Below are positions 1-10,700 of a stretch of DNA of 64,000 nt, in pieces. Position 1 is the first letter of the stretch, and each line of letters starts with the position of its first letter. The notes beneath the pieces were generated by a model. It searched no databases, was not told where the DNA came from, and was given only the letters and a program-made list of their open reading frames with translations. The translations under genes were made by a program, and so were the position numbers. Source of the DNA: an uncultured Bacteroidota bacterium (GTDB taxonomy: Bacteria > Bacteroidota > Bacteroidia > Bacteroidales > GWA2-32-17); NCBI GenBank assembly GCA_903872185.1, contig CAIQJL010000264.1, forward strand, positions 64,038-128,037, read 5' to 3'.

Positions 1-1299
1 TTTACCTAGCAAAGCAAACATATTACGTTTGTATTCCTCAACTCCTGGTTGGTCAAAAGGATTAACATCGAGCAAATAACCGCTTATTCCGCATGCCATT
101 TCAAACATATAAATAAGTTGTCCGATGTAATTCTCATTTAATTTTGGAATCTCGATAAGAATATTTGGAACGCCACCATCAACATGTGCTAACAATGTGC
201 CCAACTGAGCCATTTTATTAACATAGCTCAAAGGTTTGTAACTTATAAAATTTAATCCATCAGAGTCATCATTCTCATGAGGAATTGCTAGACTATTTCG
301 AGGTTCTGAAACAGATAAAACTGTTTCAAAAAGATTTCTTTGTCCATCCTGAATATATTGTCCCATTGAATGTAAATCTGTAGTAAAATCGACACTTGCA
401 GGAAATATACCTTTACCTTGCTTGCCTTCACTTTCGCCATAAAGTTGTTTCCACCACTCAGAAAAATTATGCATGCGTGGAGTAAAGTTCACCATAATTT
501 CGATTGATTTCCCTTTATTTGACAAACAAAATCTTGCTGCGGCATATAATGCTGCAGGATTTTCTTCAAAAGGAACTTTTGCATTTGTAAGTTCCATCAT
601 ATGTCGGGCACCCTTCATCATTGCATAGATATCGCCACCTGCAACCGCAATTGGAAATAATCCTACAGGAGTTAAAACTGAATATCTTCCACCAACATCA
701 TCAGGAATAACAAATGTTTTATATCCTTCTTTTTTAGCCAAATCAATTAACGCTCCCTTTTTCTCGTCTGTAATAGCAACAATTCTTTTCTTTGCCTCTT
801 CTTTTCCGATTTTAGTTTCTAAATGATGACGTAACAATCTAAAAGCAATTGCAGGCTCTGTTGTAGTTCCAGATTTTGAGATTATTGTTATTCCGTATTC
901 ATAATTTTCGAGAACCTCAAGAAGTTCAAACAAATAATCTTCACCAATATTTTGTCCAGCATAAAGTATAATTGGATTTTTTCTATCAGGAAGTAATGCA
1001 TTAAAATTATGAGATAAAATATCTATAACTGATTTTGCTCCAAGATATGATCCCCCTATTCCAATAACAACTAATATTTCAATTTTTTCTCGTAATGCAT
1101 TTGCAGCTTCCTGAATTTCTTTTAATAAATGATCCGATGTTCTTACAGGTAAATCAACCCATCCAAGATAATCATTACCCTTTCCGGTTTTCTGATATAG
1201 GGCATTAATATGCTTTTTTACTTCTTCTTTAAGACTAACAATTTCATTTTCAGGAGCGGTTGCAAAAACCTGGTCAACGCTTAGAATAATAGGTTCCAT
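1..1299 (-). CDS. pgi: glucose-6-phosphate isomerase (N-terminal ~433 codons; C-terminus runs off the window edge)
   Basis: Own minus-strand translation from ATG at 1299: MEPIILSVDQVFA..., EILVVIGIGGSYLGAKSVID, IISKSGTTTEPA (SIS-domain PGI motifs). The frame stays open to position 1. It is absent from the ORF track because no stop lies in the window. Confidence 0.9.
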   Translation of the reverse strand, partial: MEPIILSVDQVFATAPENEIVSLKEEVKKHINALYQKTGKGNDYLGWVDLPVRTSDHLLKEIQEAANALREKIEILVVIGIGGSYLGAKSVIDILSHNFNALLPDRKNPIILYAGQNIGEDYLFELLEVLENYEYGITIISKSGTTTEPAIAFRLLRHHLETKIGKEEAKKRIVAITDEKKGALIDLAKKEGYKTFVIPDDVGGRYSVLTPVGLFPIAVAGGDIYAMMKGARHMMELTNAKVPFEENPAALYAAARFCLSNKGKSIEIMVNFTPRMHNFSEWWKQLYGESEGKQGKGIFPASVDFTTDLHSMGQYIQDGQRNLFETVLSVSEPRNSLAIPHENDDSDGLNFISYKPLSYVNKMAQLGTLLAHVDGGVPNILIEIPKLNENYIGQLIYMFEMACGISGYLLDVNPFDQPGVEEYKRNMFALLGK

Positions 1300-2298
1300 T
1301 TATTTGAGTTTATCGGTTAATAGTTTCATTTCTACAGACGGTGAATATTTTTCGTACAATATTCTATATAATGCTTGCACTATAGGCATTTCAATATTAT
1401 TTTCGATACATATTTCATTTATACTGTTTGCGGCATAATAACCTTCGGCAATCATACTCATTTCTAACTGGGCAGATTTAACTGTATAACCTTTTCCTAA
1501 CATTGCACCAAAGGTTCTGTTCCTGCTAAATTGCGAATAACTTGTAACAATAAGATCACCAAGATAAACATAATTCAGAAGATTTCTATTTGATGGAGCA
1601 ACAATAGTTAAAAAATGTTCAATTTCACGAATCGCATTTGAAACCAAAACTGAAATATAATTATCGCCATAACCTAAACCATGGCAAACACCTGTAGCAA
1701 TAGCCATAACATTTTTCAAAACAGTAACGTATTCTGCTCCTATAACATCATCTGAAATAATTGTTTTGATAAAACGACAATTAAGCATATTGGCAATATT
1801 TTGAGCCATCTCAGAATTTGAGGAAAGTACAGTTAAAAATGTTAATCTTTCTAAAGCAACTTCTTCGGCATGAGATGGTCCAGAAATAAATCCTAAGTGA
1901 TCAAATGGAACATCAAAGTTTTCGCTAAAATATGTGCACACTGTTTTATGGCATGATGGAATCATACCTTTTGTTGCAGAAAAGATATACTTATTTTTAA
2001 AATCATCAGCACAAACTCCTTCTAAACTCGACTCTATAAATGCTGCAGGAAGAATCATTAATATTATATCAGATTTAGCAATAACCTCTTTTACTGAAGG
2101 AACTAAAGTAACAATCTCATTATCAATTTCAACATCACTAAGATATAATGGATTGTGCCCAGTTTGTTTAATTTGTACTGCCATTTCTTCTTCGCGAACA
2201 ACCCAAAAGAAACTTTTGAGGTTTTGCTGAAGAATTTTAATAATTGCAGTTGCCCAACTGCCCTCTCCTATTACTCCAATTCTAAGATTATCAGACAT
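1300..2298 (-). CDS. gpsA: NAD(P)H-dependent glycerol-3-phosphate dehydrogenase
   Basis: 332 aa. N-terminal Rossmann motif IGVIGEGSWATAI; GpsA-like core (GFISGPSHAEEVA, NRTFG). The stop directly abuts the pgi start. Confidence 0.92.
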   Translation of the reverse strand: MSDNLRIGVIGEGSWATAIIKILQQNLKSFFWVVREEEMAVQIKQTGHNPLYLSDVEIDNEIVTLVPSVKEVIAKSDIILMILPAAFIESSLEGVCADDFKNKYIFSATKGMIPSCHKTVCTYFSENFDVPFDHLGFISGPSHAEEVALERLTFLTVLSSNSEMAQNIANMLNCRFIKTIISDDVIGAEYVTVLKNVMAIATGVCHGLGYGDNYISVLVSNAIREIEHFLTIVAPSNRNLLNYVYLGDLIVTSYSQFSRNRTFGAMLGKGYTVKSAQLEMSMIAEGYYAANSINEICIENNIEMPIVQALYRILYEKYSPSVEMKLLTDKLK

Positions 2299-2515
2299 AT
2301 TAAAAATATTTAAACAAACGTTAAACCTACATATTTTTAATTTATTGAATAAAATAAGTTTTAAAAAGAAATTAACCTATTAAACTTTATTTTATTTTAA
2401 TACATATAATGCACACTACATGACAATTATGATAATTAATAAAACACTATTTATATTTAGAATTTGTATAAATAAAAAATAATAATTAATTTAGCATTTA
2501 TAAATAACTATTAAA

Positions 2516-2965
2516 ATGACTAATACAAAAAGCATAAAATCTACAGTTGTCCAGCTATTTACAACTTATCTTGAAAAAAAAGGTCATCGTAAAACACCTG
2601 AGCGCTATGCTATTTTAGATGAAATATATTCGCAAACTGGGCATTTTGATATAGAAACACTTTACATTTTTATGAAGAATAAAAATTATCGTGTTAGTCG
2701 TGCTACACTTTATAATACTATTGAGCTTTTATTGGACTCTAACTTAGTAATTAAACATCAATTTGGGAAAAATATAGCTCAGTTTGAAAAATCGTATGCA
2801 TGTCGCCAACACGATCATTTAATTTGCATTAAGTGTTCAAAAGTCACAGAATTCTGCGATCCTAGATTACATGAAATAATTAAATCAGTTCAACAAAACA
2901 CTGACTTTGAACCAATTTTTCATTCCCTATATATATATGGTACCTGTGGTGAGTGTAAAAAATAA
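2516..2965 (+). CDS. Fur-family metalloregulator
   Basis: 149 aa. Winged-helix N-terminus, HDH motif followed by [10 protein letters not shown], and a C-terminal CGEC pair; this is the typical Fur/Zur/PerR layout. Confidence 0.85.
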   Translation: MTNTKSIKSTVVQLFTTYLEKKGHRKTPERYAILDEIYSQTGHFDIETLYIFMKNKNYRVSRATLYNTIELLLDSNLVIKHQFGKNIAQFEKSYACRQHDHLICIKCSKVTEFCDPRLHEIIKSVQQNTDFEPIFHSLYIYGTCGECKK

Positions 2966-2966
2966 A

Positions 2967-4070
2967 TCAGGATATATTTTTAAAAATATCTTTTAAAACC
3001 TGTTCTTCATTTTCCCAACAAAGTTCGGCAGCAGCTTTTTTTGTATTATCTTTCCATATACCTCTAACTGGTTCATCAAAAAGCATTGATTTAATTATTT
3101 CTGCCATTTTCTTAGGATCTCTTTCTAAAGTACAAATACCAACATTATAGTTTTCAATTATTCTTTTCATTTCGGGGAAATCTGATGCTAAGACCGGTAT
3201 ACCAGCATGTATGTAATCAAATATTTTATTTGGAAGTGCATAATAATAATTTAAACCCATATTTTCTTCTAATGAAATTCCAAGATGAGCAGAAACAGTA
3301 TATTCTGTAAGTTCTTCTAAAGGTATTTTACCTGTAAAAAAGATTTGCTCACTCACATTTTCACTCATAACAAGCTCTTTTAACTGTTCTCGAATATCAC
3401 CGTCACCAATAATAACAAAATTTACATTTTCCAGATATTTTACTGCTTTAATAACAGCCTCTATTCCTCTTCCTATATTTAGTGCACCTTGATAAATAAT
3501 TATTTTTTTATCTATAGGGAACATTTTTTTATTGGTACATATTGTTTTATCATGTTTAAAAGGAACATTTCTTAAAACAGAAAATTTTATATTATATTTT
3601 TTTAAATATTCATCTGATAAAGATTGACAAACAGTATAAGCAACTTTTAATTTTGGAATAATTGTTTTTTCAATTTTAAGCCAAATATTTCTTGTAAAAT
3701 TTCTTTCTATTAGCTCAGGAACTTCTGTAAAATATTCGTGGCTATCATAAACTAAAATCTTACTTCTTATTTTTGAAGCTAGATAATTAGCTAAAAGCGT
3801 ATCAAGATCATTTGCCAAAAAGACATTTGCCTTTGAAAAAAGAAGCAGAAAAAATAATCTGAAATTATATTCTGCATAAAATAACGGGCCTTTATTAAAT
3901 AATAAGGATAGTCTCTTTATTTTATAATCTCGGGTTACAGAATAAGAATTAGAAAATTTTCTACCAACCAGCAATACTTTATATCCCATAGATTCAAGAC
4001 TAATGCATACTTTGTGTACACGATTATCTGAAACCAAATCATTAGTAACCGAAACAATAATCCTTTTCAA
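2967..4070 (-). CDS. GT-B fold glycosyltransferase (family 1/4-like)
   Basis: 367 aa. The C-terminal half carries the GT1/GT4 signature region (GRGIEAVIKAV..., FTGKIP..., EENMGLN..NKIFDYIHAGIPVLAS). Confidence 0.8.
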   Translation of the reverse strand: MKRIIVSVTNDLVSDNRVHKVCISLESMGYKVLLVGRKFSNSYSVTRDYKIKRLSLLFNKGPLFYAEYNFRLFFLLLFSKANVFLANDLDTLLANYLASKIRSKILVYDSHEYFTEVPELIERNFTRNIWLKIEKTIIPKLKVAYTVCQSLSDEYLKKYNIKFSVLRNVPFKHDKTICTNKKMFPIDKKIIIYQGALNIGRGIEAVIKAVKYLENVNFVIIGDGDIREQLKELVMSENVSEQIFFTGKIPLEELTEYTVSAHLGISLEENMGLNYYYALPNKIFDYIHAGIPVLASDFPEMKRIIENYNVGICTLERDPKKMAEIIKSMLFDEPVRGIWKDNTKKAAAELCWENEEQVLKDIFKNIS

Positions 4071-4161
4071 CTGGTAAATTTTTCTGTAAAAATAAATATA
4101 TTATTCGAGCAAGTATTAAACGCTTAATAATAAGAAAAATTTAACTTTGTCCGTAATTTAA

Positions 4162-5175
4162 ATGAATATTTACAATAACATATCGCTTAAGCCATTTAAC
4201 ACATTTGGAATAGAAGCCATTGCAAAAACATTTATTGAAATTTCTGACATAAATGATTTAATAAATTTTCATAACACAGAAATATTAAAATCTGAACCAT
4301 ATTTTATTCTTGGGGGAGGTTCGAATATATTATTCACAAAAGATTTTGCTGGAACCATTATTCACCCAAATTTTAAAGGAATTGAAATAATTGAAAAAAA
4401 TAAAGATTTTAACTATGTAAAAGTATTTGCTGGTGAAATTTGGGACGACTTTGTAAATTTTTGCGTAACAAATAATTTAGGTGGGATTGAGAATCTTTCA
4501 TTAATTCCTGGAAATTGCGGAGCCTCTCCAGTTCAAAATATAGGCGCATTTGGTGTAGAAATAAAAGACTGCTTAGAATCTGTAGAGATTTATAATATTG
4601 AAACAGGAGAAAAAAGAACACTAACAAATAATGAATGTAAATTCGGATACAGAACAAGTATTTTTAAAACAGATTTTAAACACAATTGGTTAATTATTTA
4701 TACTACTTATAAATTAAAATCTTCTGATTATAGTTTTCAAACCAGTTATGGAGCTTTAAGCGAAGAATTAAAAAGACACAATGAAGTAAGCTTAAAATCA
4801 ATAAGAGAGTCAGTAATAAATATTCGAACTTTAAAACTTCCAGACCCAAAAGAAATTGGTAATGCAGGTAGTTTTTTTAAAAATCCAATAGTAAGTATTA
4901 AAAAAGCTGAAGAAATCAACAAAATATTTTCAGATGCACCTGTATACAAATTTTCTAAAACTGAAGTAAAGCTAGCTGCAGGTTGGCTAATTGAGCAATG
5001 TGGATGGAAAGGCAAACAAATAGGTAATGTAGGTGTTCACAAAAAGCAAGCACTTGTTCTTGTTAATTATGGAAATGCTAAAGGAATTGATATCATAAAT
5101 CTATCAGAAAAAATTAAAAATTCTGTTTTTTTTAAATTTGGAATAACATTAGAAACTGAAGTTAACTTTTTGTAA
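4162..5175 (+). CDS. murB: UDP-N-acetylenolpyruvoylglucosamine reductase
   Basis: 337 aa. FAD-binding PCMH region (NTFGIEA, ILGGGSNILF) and MurB C-terminal domain (GNAGSFFKNP, AAGWLIEQCGWKG). Confidence 0.92.
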   Translation: MNIYNNISLKPFNTFGIEAIAKTFIEISDINDLINFHNTEILKSEPYFILGGGSNILFTKDFAGTIIHPNFKGIEIIEKNKDFNYVKVFAGEIWDDFVNFCVTNNLGGIENLSLIPGNCGASPVQNIGAFGVEIKDCLESVEIYNIETGEKRTLTNNECKFGYRTSIFKTDFKHNWLIIYTTYKLKSSDYSFQTSYGALSEELKRHNEVSLKSIRESVINIRTLKLPDPKEIGNAGSFFKNPIVSIKKAEEINKIFSDAPVYKFSKTEVKLAAGWLIEQCGWKGKQIGNVGVHKKQALVLVNYGNAKGIDIINLSEKIKNSVFFKFGITLETEVNFL

Positions 5176-5184
5176 ATATCGAAA

Positions 5185-7614
5185 TTACTTCACCTTGTAA
5201 ACACTTACTTCATAATCATCAATTACAAAGTCTTCATCTCCAAAATTCCCCACATAAGTATTTATTTTACCTTTTCGGTTAGCAGGAATAAATATTTCTA
5301 AAGATAGCTGGCTAAATCCCCAATTATCATTAAACACTTTGCTTACATGAGGTAGCTCAACAGCTGTATACAAATCATTTGTTTTTAAAGAATCGTCGTT
5401 ATATGTAATCACCAGGATGCCTCTAGCCTTCTTAGGTAAATTTGAAAATACTGTAACATTTATCAAAATCTTATTTACAGAATCTTTAGATAAAGCTTTT
5501 GAATTTAAAATAAATGTTGACGAATAACCTTGTTTAATAACTTTGCCTGAGGTTTTACCAGTATATGCCTTATTAGAAATCTCACCAGAAGTCCATAATG
5601 AATCGGGATATTCAAAATCGTTAACATTTACCAATATTGGATTCTGTTTATTTTCTTGTAATCCAAATAATTTTGCCGTTTCAGAAAATGGAATACTTTC
5701 AGATAAATTTTTATTTACAATCTCATTCTTAAATTTTATTTCTTCCCACTCTATATTAATTTCATTTGAAACACCATTTTCATTATCGCATGAAAACCGA
5801 ATTGCTTTTACCTGATTTGCATTTACATTTTTTATGTAATCATTAAAATAAGGAGTTATCCATAATCCATTTATTGCTGTTTCGGGATTAAAAACATAAC
5901 GGTATATTTTATCGTTAAGAAGTTTATATTCTATATAAAATTGCTGTCCCTTATAAAGAAATGATTTAACAGCTTGAAAAATATTATTACTAAAATGTAT
6001 TTTAACCCTCAGAATTCCATCTGTTATTTTGGGTATTGTTATCCATTCGCTCCATTTAACATTCTCTTTCTTTATAACAAATGACTCACTAAACTTAGAC
6101 CTTTCAAGTTTTTTGTACAAAATTGCACCATTCGGAATTTCCCTAACAAATGAATAATTATTAAGAATTGCTAATATGGTGTTTGGCTCATCATTTAACA
6201 TATATCTGTTATCTAATGAACCTAAGGTTCCATTATATCGATTATTAAAGCTATGAAAAATTAAATAATCTGGACCATCTTTAATCGAAAAGTCAGTAGC
6301 AGTTTCGTTATCAATTGACGAAGAATATGCTAAATATAATAATTGCCGTCCCTGTTTCCAGTTTAAATTATTCTCTGATATATAAGCTAGATTCCAAGGA
6401 TAAACATCAACAGTTCTATTAGAAATCTCTTTTAAAATTGAGGAATCTAAAATATTTACAGCCGAATAACTTTTTGATTCTGCTAAAGAAAATTCTTCAA
6501 ATGAAGGTAAATTAAAAAAGCAATCATTAATTCTGCTAATCCTGCTATATTCTATACTTCTTCCACTAAAATAGGGAAAAAAAGACATGTTCAGATAAAA
6601 TAACGAGAAAATAATTAATGGTAATATTATCTGACGAAATCTTATTTTTTCAGCATAAATAATAAAAATACCAAAACCCAAAACTATAAAGGTATAAAGA
6701 GATGAATAATGAGGAAGATCTTCTCTTGAAATTGCATACTTCCAGTTAATAAAAAAAGCTATAAAAAGAATTAAATAAGCCTTTCTTACATTTTTATCTT
6801 TTACTAAAAAAGGAAAAAGAAGAAATAACAATATAGCAGGAATTAAAACAAAGAAGTTGTTTTCGGGAAAAAGTGATTGGGTACCAGAGTATGATAATGT
6901 TAATTTTAATACATTAACAAAATATATAATGGTTGCCGAAATTGAATGAAAAATAACTACTCCGGGAATTAATAATGCAATTAAAATAATTGAAAAGTAA
7001 ATAAAAAATTGTTTGTAATTTTTAAAATATATTAAATTGTATAAAAGTTGGGACGCAATAATAGTATATGAAATAATTCCAATATTAGCCTTAATATAAA
7101 GACCAATACTCGCTGCTATAGCAGCTACAAAAACCCAAACCCATGATTTTTGCTGATTATGTATAAGTAAAGAAACTACAACTATTGTAATTATTGCATG
7201 ATCAAGCTGAAAAAACATTGCCATTATTAATACAACAATAAAAGCAAATGGAAATCTATTTTCAGATACTTTTTTTGCAAGTAATAATGTTAAATATATA
7301 AATGCTACCCAAAAAATACTTAAAGAAATTATTGCAAATAATACATGATTGCCCATAACTACTGGGACTTTCAAAAAGGAAAGTGGCCCCCATGGAAAAA
7401 TTAAATTATTAAACGAAGAAACATCATTTGCAAATAAATAATTTAATCCCCAATATGCAGAACCATCATATGATCCATCATATTCTGGCGAAACTCCTGG
7501 AAAAGAAATTGCTGCAATTATAAAGGTTAAAAAAAATAAGCTATATTGATTTATAAAGCTCTTTAAACTAAACTTTTCCACAAGAACATTAATATTTAAG
7601 AAATATTTTTTCAT
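5185..7614 (-). CDS. polytopic membrane protein with a large C-terminal non-membrane domain; function unknown
   Basis: 809 aa. The first ~360 aa consist of ten or more hydrophobic segments. The last ~450 aa are hydrophilic and beta-rich. Divergent from the adhesin gene at 7720. Confidence 0.6.
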   Translation of the reverse strand: MKKYFLNINVLVEKFSLKSFINQYSLFFLTFIIAAISFPGVSPEYDGSYDGSAYWGLNYLFANDVSSFNNLIFPWGPLSFLKVPVVMGNHVLFAIISLSIFWVAFIYLTLLLAKKVSENRFPFAFIVVLIMAMFFQLDHAIITIVVVSLLIHNQQKSWVWVFVAAIAASIGLYIKANIGIISYTIIASQLLYNLIYFKNYKQFFIYFSIILIALLIPGVVIFHSISATIIYFVNVLKLTLSYSGTQSLFPENNFFVLIPAILLFLLFPFLVKDKNVRKAYLILFIAFFINWKYAISREDLPHYSSLYTFIVLGFGIFIIYAEKIRFRQIILPLIIFSLFYLNMSFFPYFSGRSIEYSRISRINDCFFNLPSFEEFSLAESKSYSAVNILDSSILKEISNRTVDVYPWNLAYISENNLNWKQGRQLLYLAYSSSIDNETATDFSIKDGPDYLIFHSFNNRYNGTLGSLDNRYMLNDEPNTILAILNNYSFVREIPNGAILYKKLERSKFSESFVIKKENVKWSEWITIPKITDGILRVKIHFSNNIFQAVKSFLYKGQQFYIEYKLLNDKIYRYVFNPETAINGLWITPYFNDYIKNVNANQVKAIRFSCDNENGVSNEINIEWEEIKFKNEIVNKNLSESIPFSETAKLFGLQENKQNPILVNVNDFEYPDSLWTSGEISNKAYTGKTSGKVIKQGYSSTFILNSKALSKDSVNKILINVTVFSNLPKKARGILVITYNDDSLKTNDLYTAVELPHVSKVFNDNWGFSQLSLEIFIPANRKGKINTYVGNFGDEDFVIDDYEVSVYKVK

Positions 7615-7719
7615 GCATTAAATATCCAATAAAATTATATCTATTTTTATGGTCGACAAAACAACCTTTTGTATATTTCAAGCGTCAAAACTAAAATTTA
7701 TTTATCAGATTTACTAAAA

Positions 7720-10700
7720 ATGAGAATTAATATTAAACTCCAACTTCGGTATATAAAGATTTTATTTCTAATCCTAATTAGCTCAATTATAACAGCCAAA
7801 GCTAGTAACGAGACAATAAATCCAGACTTTACAAGTTCAAAAAAAGGATATTTTATTGAAAATAAAGGTCAAATAATTAGTATGGAGGATAAAAAACAGA
7901 TTCCTTCAATTTTGTATTATTCAAACTCAGATAACCTTAATCTTTACATTAAAAATAATTCCATTTCTTACCTTTTTATAAATTCAATTTCTGACGAACC
8001 AAGTAATGATCCGCATGTAATAAGTCAGTTAAACGCAAATTATTTCTGGTCAAGAATAGATATGGTACTTGAAGGTGCAAATTCAAATGCAAAAGCATTT
8101 GCCGATGATGAACAATCTTACTATATGAATTTTTACCTTCCACAATGCCCAAATGGATTAACCAATCTTAAAACATTTAAAAAAATAACAATTAAAGATG
8201 TATATCCTAAAATTGACTGGATTATATATTTTAAAGACGATGGTGTTTTTAAATATGACTTTATAGTTAATCCAGGCGGAAATCCTAAAGACATAAAAAT
8301 TAACTACAAATGGAGTGATAAACCTGAAATTAATTCTGATAATGAGATTTTAATAAATGGACCTATGGGTTCGTTAAGCGAAAAAGGATTATATATTTCG
8401 CAAGATAACAAAACAGTAAATGGCAGCTGGGTAAAAGATGAAAAAGGTATGCTATCGTTTAATATTTCAGCTTATAACAAAAATTCTATATTAGTTATTG
8501 ACCCTATTATTTTTTGGTCAACTTATTTTGGTGGAACCGCAAATGATGATGGTTTATCTATTAAAAGCGATGGAAGTTCAGTTTTTGTTACCGGAAGAAT
8601 CCTTTCAGTGAATTTCCCTGCGATGGCTCCTTCAGGCGCTTATAATCAGGGCAATTCCGCTGGCAATGACGATGCTTTTATTGCAAAATTTGATAGTTTA
8701 GGCACATTATTGTGGAGCACACATTATGGAGGATCGGGATACGAAGTTCAAGAAAATATTTCGTTTAATACAAATTCAGTATTTCTAACTTTTCAAACCA
8801 TCTCGATGGATGAACCAACTATGGATTTAGGTGGTGGAGCTTTTTATCAAGCAGCAAATCCTAATATATTAACCAGTGATGCATTTATTATACAATTTAA
8901 CAAATCAGGAGTAAGAGAATGGGCTACATATTTAGGTGGATTTTTATACGATCTTCCATTTGCCACCTGGGCTGACAATAATAATTTATTTTTACTAATG
9001 GGAAGTGAATCTTCTGGGTTACCCTTAACAAATCCAGGTAGTTCTTACCAACAAAATCAAAATGCCGGACCTAATGATTTTTATATTGTAAAATTTAATG
9101 CTCAAAGAAATATTGTTTGGAGTACCTATTTTGGAGGAACGGGTGACGAAAAAGGTAATGCGGATATTAAATCGGATGGCACAAATGTTTTTGTAACAGG
9201 AAGTACAATGTCTACTAATTTTCCATTGGCATATCCAGGTGCACCGGCATACATGGATTCTACAGCAAACGGTAATGAAGATTTAATTTTTGCGAAATTT
9301 GACTTTAATGGGGGTTTACTTTGGTCTACCTATTATGGGGGATCAAACAGAGAAAACACCAGAACTATTGCACTCGCAAATAATAAAGTACTTTTTGGTG
9401 GAAATACATATTCTAGCGATATACCAACATTTAAACTAAACAATTCTGTCTTTTGCCAAACAGCCATAGGTTCAAATATTATTTCTGATGGATTTATCGC
9501 AGGATTTAATTCCAATACCTGTGAAAGAGAATGGGCTACATATCTTGGTGGAGCTTTAAATGATAACATTAAAACCATACAATCCGATGGAAAAAGCCTT
9601 TGGGTTGTTGGACAAACCAGTTCTACAAATTTTCCAACAAGAAACCCATTGATGGGAAATTATTTTAAAGGTAATATAAGCGGAAGTTCAGATGGATTTA
9701 TTGCAAAATTTAAGATAGCTAACGATAGTTTACAATGGTCAACTTATTGGGGAGGATTAGGTGCAGAAGATGCTGTTGGTGTTTATTCCGATGGAGCATA
9801 TGTTTGGGCAACAGGATATACAACTTCAACAGATATGCCTTTAGTAAATGCCGGTGGTTTATCATACAATCAACCTAGTCTTTCTGGTGGAAAAGATGTT
9901 TTTGTATTAAAATTTGATGTTTGTATTAAACCAAATGTAACAATTAGCAACATCACACCATCCATTTGCTACGGCGACACTATGATGCTTGTTGCAGGTG
10001 GTGCACAATCATATATATGGGCACCTATTGGCTATGCAAACGACACACTTTCTTTTACTCCACCAATTACATTTAATTATGTTGTTACAGGGACAGATGA
10101 CATGAATTGTTCTAATATAGCAAATTCAATTGTGGTTGTAAACCCAAAGCCAATACTTCAAATTTCGGCACCAGATTCAACTTGTTTCGGAACCCCATAT
10201 ACACTAAATATTATTAGCAACCTGCCATCAACATACCTTTGGAATCCAGGAAATGGAATAGATTCTAGTTTTATTGTAAACCCAGATACAGCTAGTCATA
10301 CTTTTTATTATTCAGTAATAGTAACTGACACAGTAAATGGATGCAAAGATACTGCGACAACTTCAATTTTCGTAAATGCTCTTCCTCAGCTTTTAATCAC
10401 TTCACCTGATTCTACTTGTTATGGAACACCCTATACTATTCATGTAACAAGTAACTTGCCATCTACTTATCAATGGAGCCCTGGAATTGGAATTGATTCT
10501 ATTTATACTGTAAACCCTGATACTGTTGGAAATACTTTTAGCTATTCTGTTATAGTAACCGACACAATAAATGGTTGTAGAGATACTGCAACAACCACAA
10601 TATTTGTAAATGGAAAACCCGATGTATATATTACAGGAGCTGGTTCGTTCTGCCCCGACACAACAATTAACATTCAAGTACATGACATATACAACTTACC

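Noticed and set aside
7669-7719. N-terminal extensions suggested by the ORF track: TTG at 7669, ATG at 32340, ATG at 54184, ATG at 25188, TTG at 44180.
   Set aside because: In each case an internal ATG (7720, 32283, 54223, 25242, 44186) starts a canonical signal peptide or lipobox. The longer form would bury the signal peptide or overlap the upstream gene.
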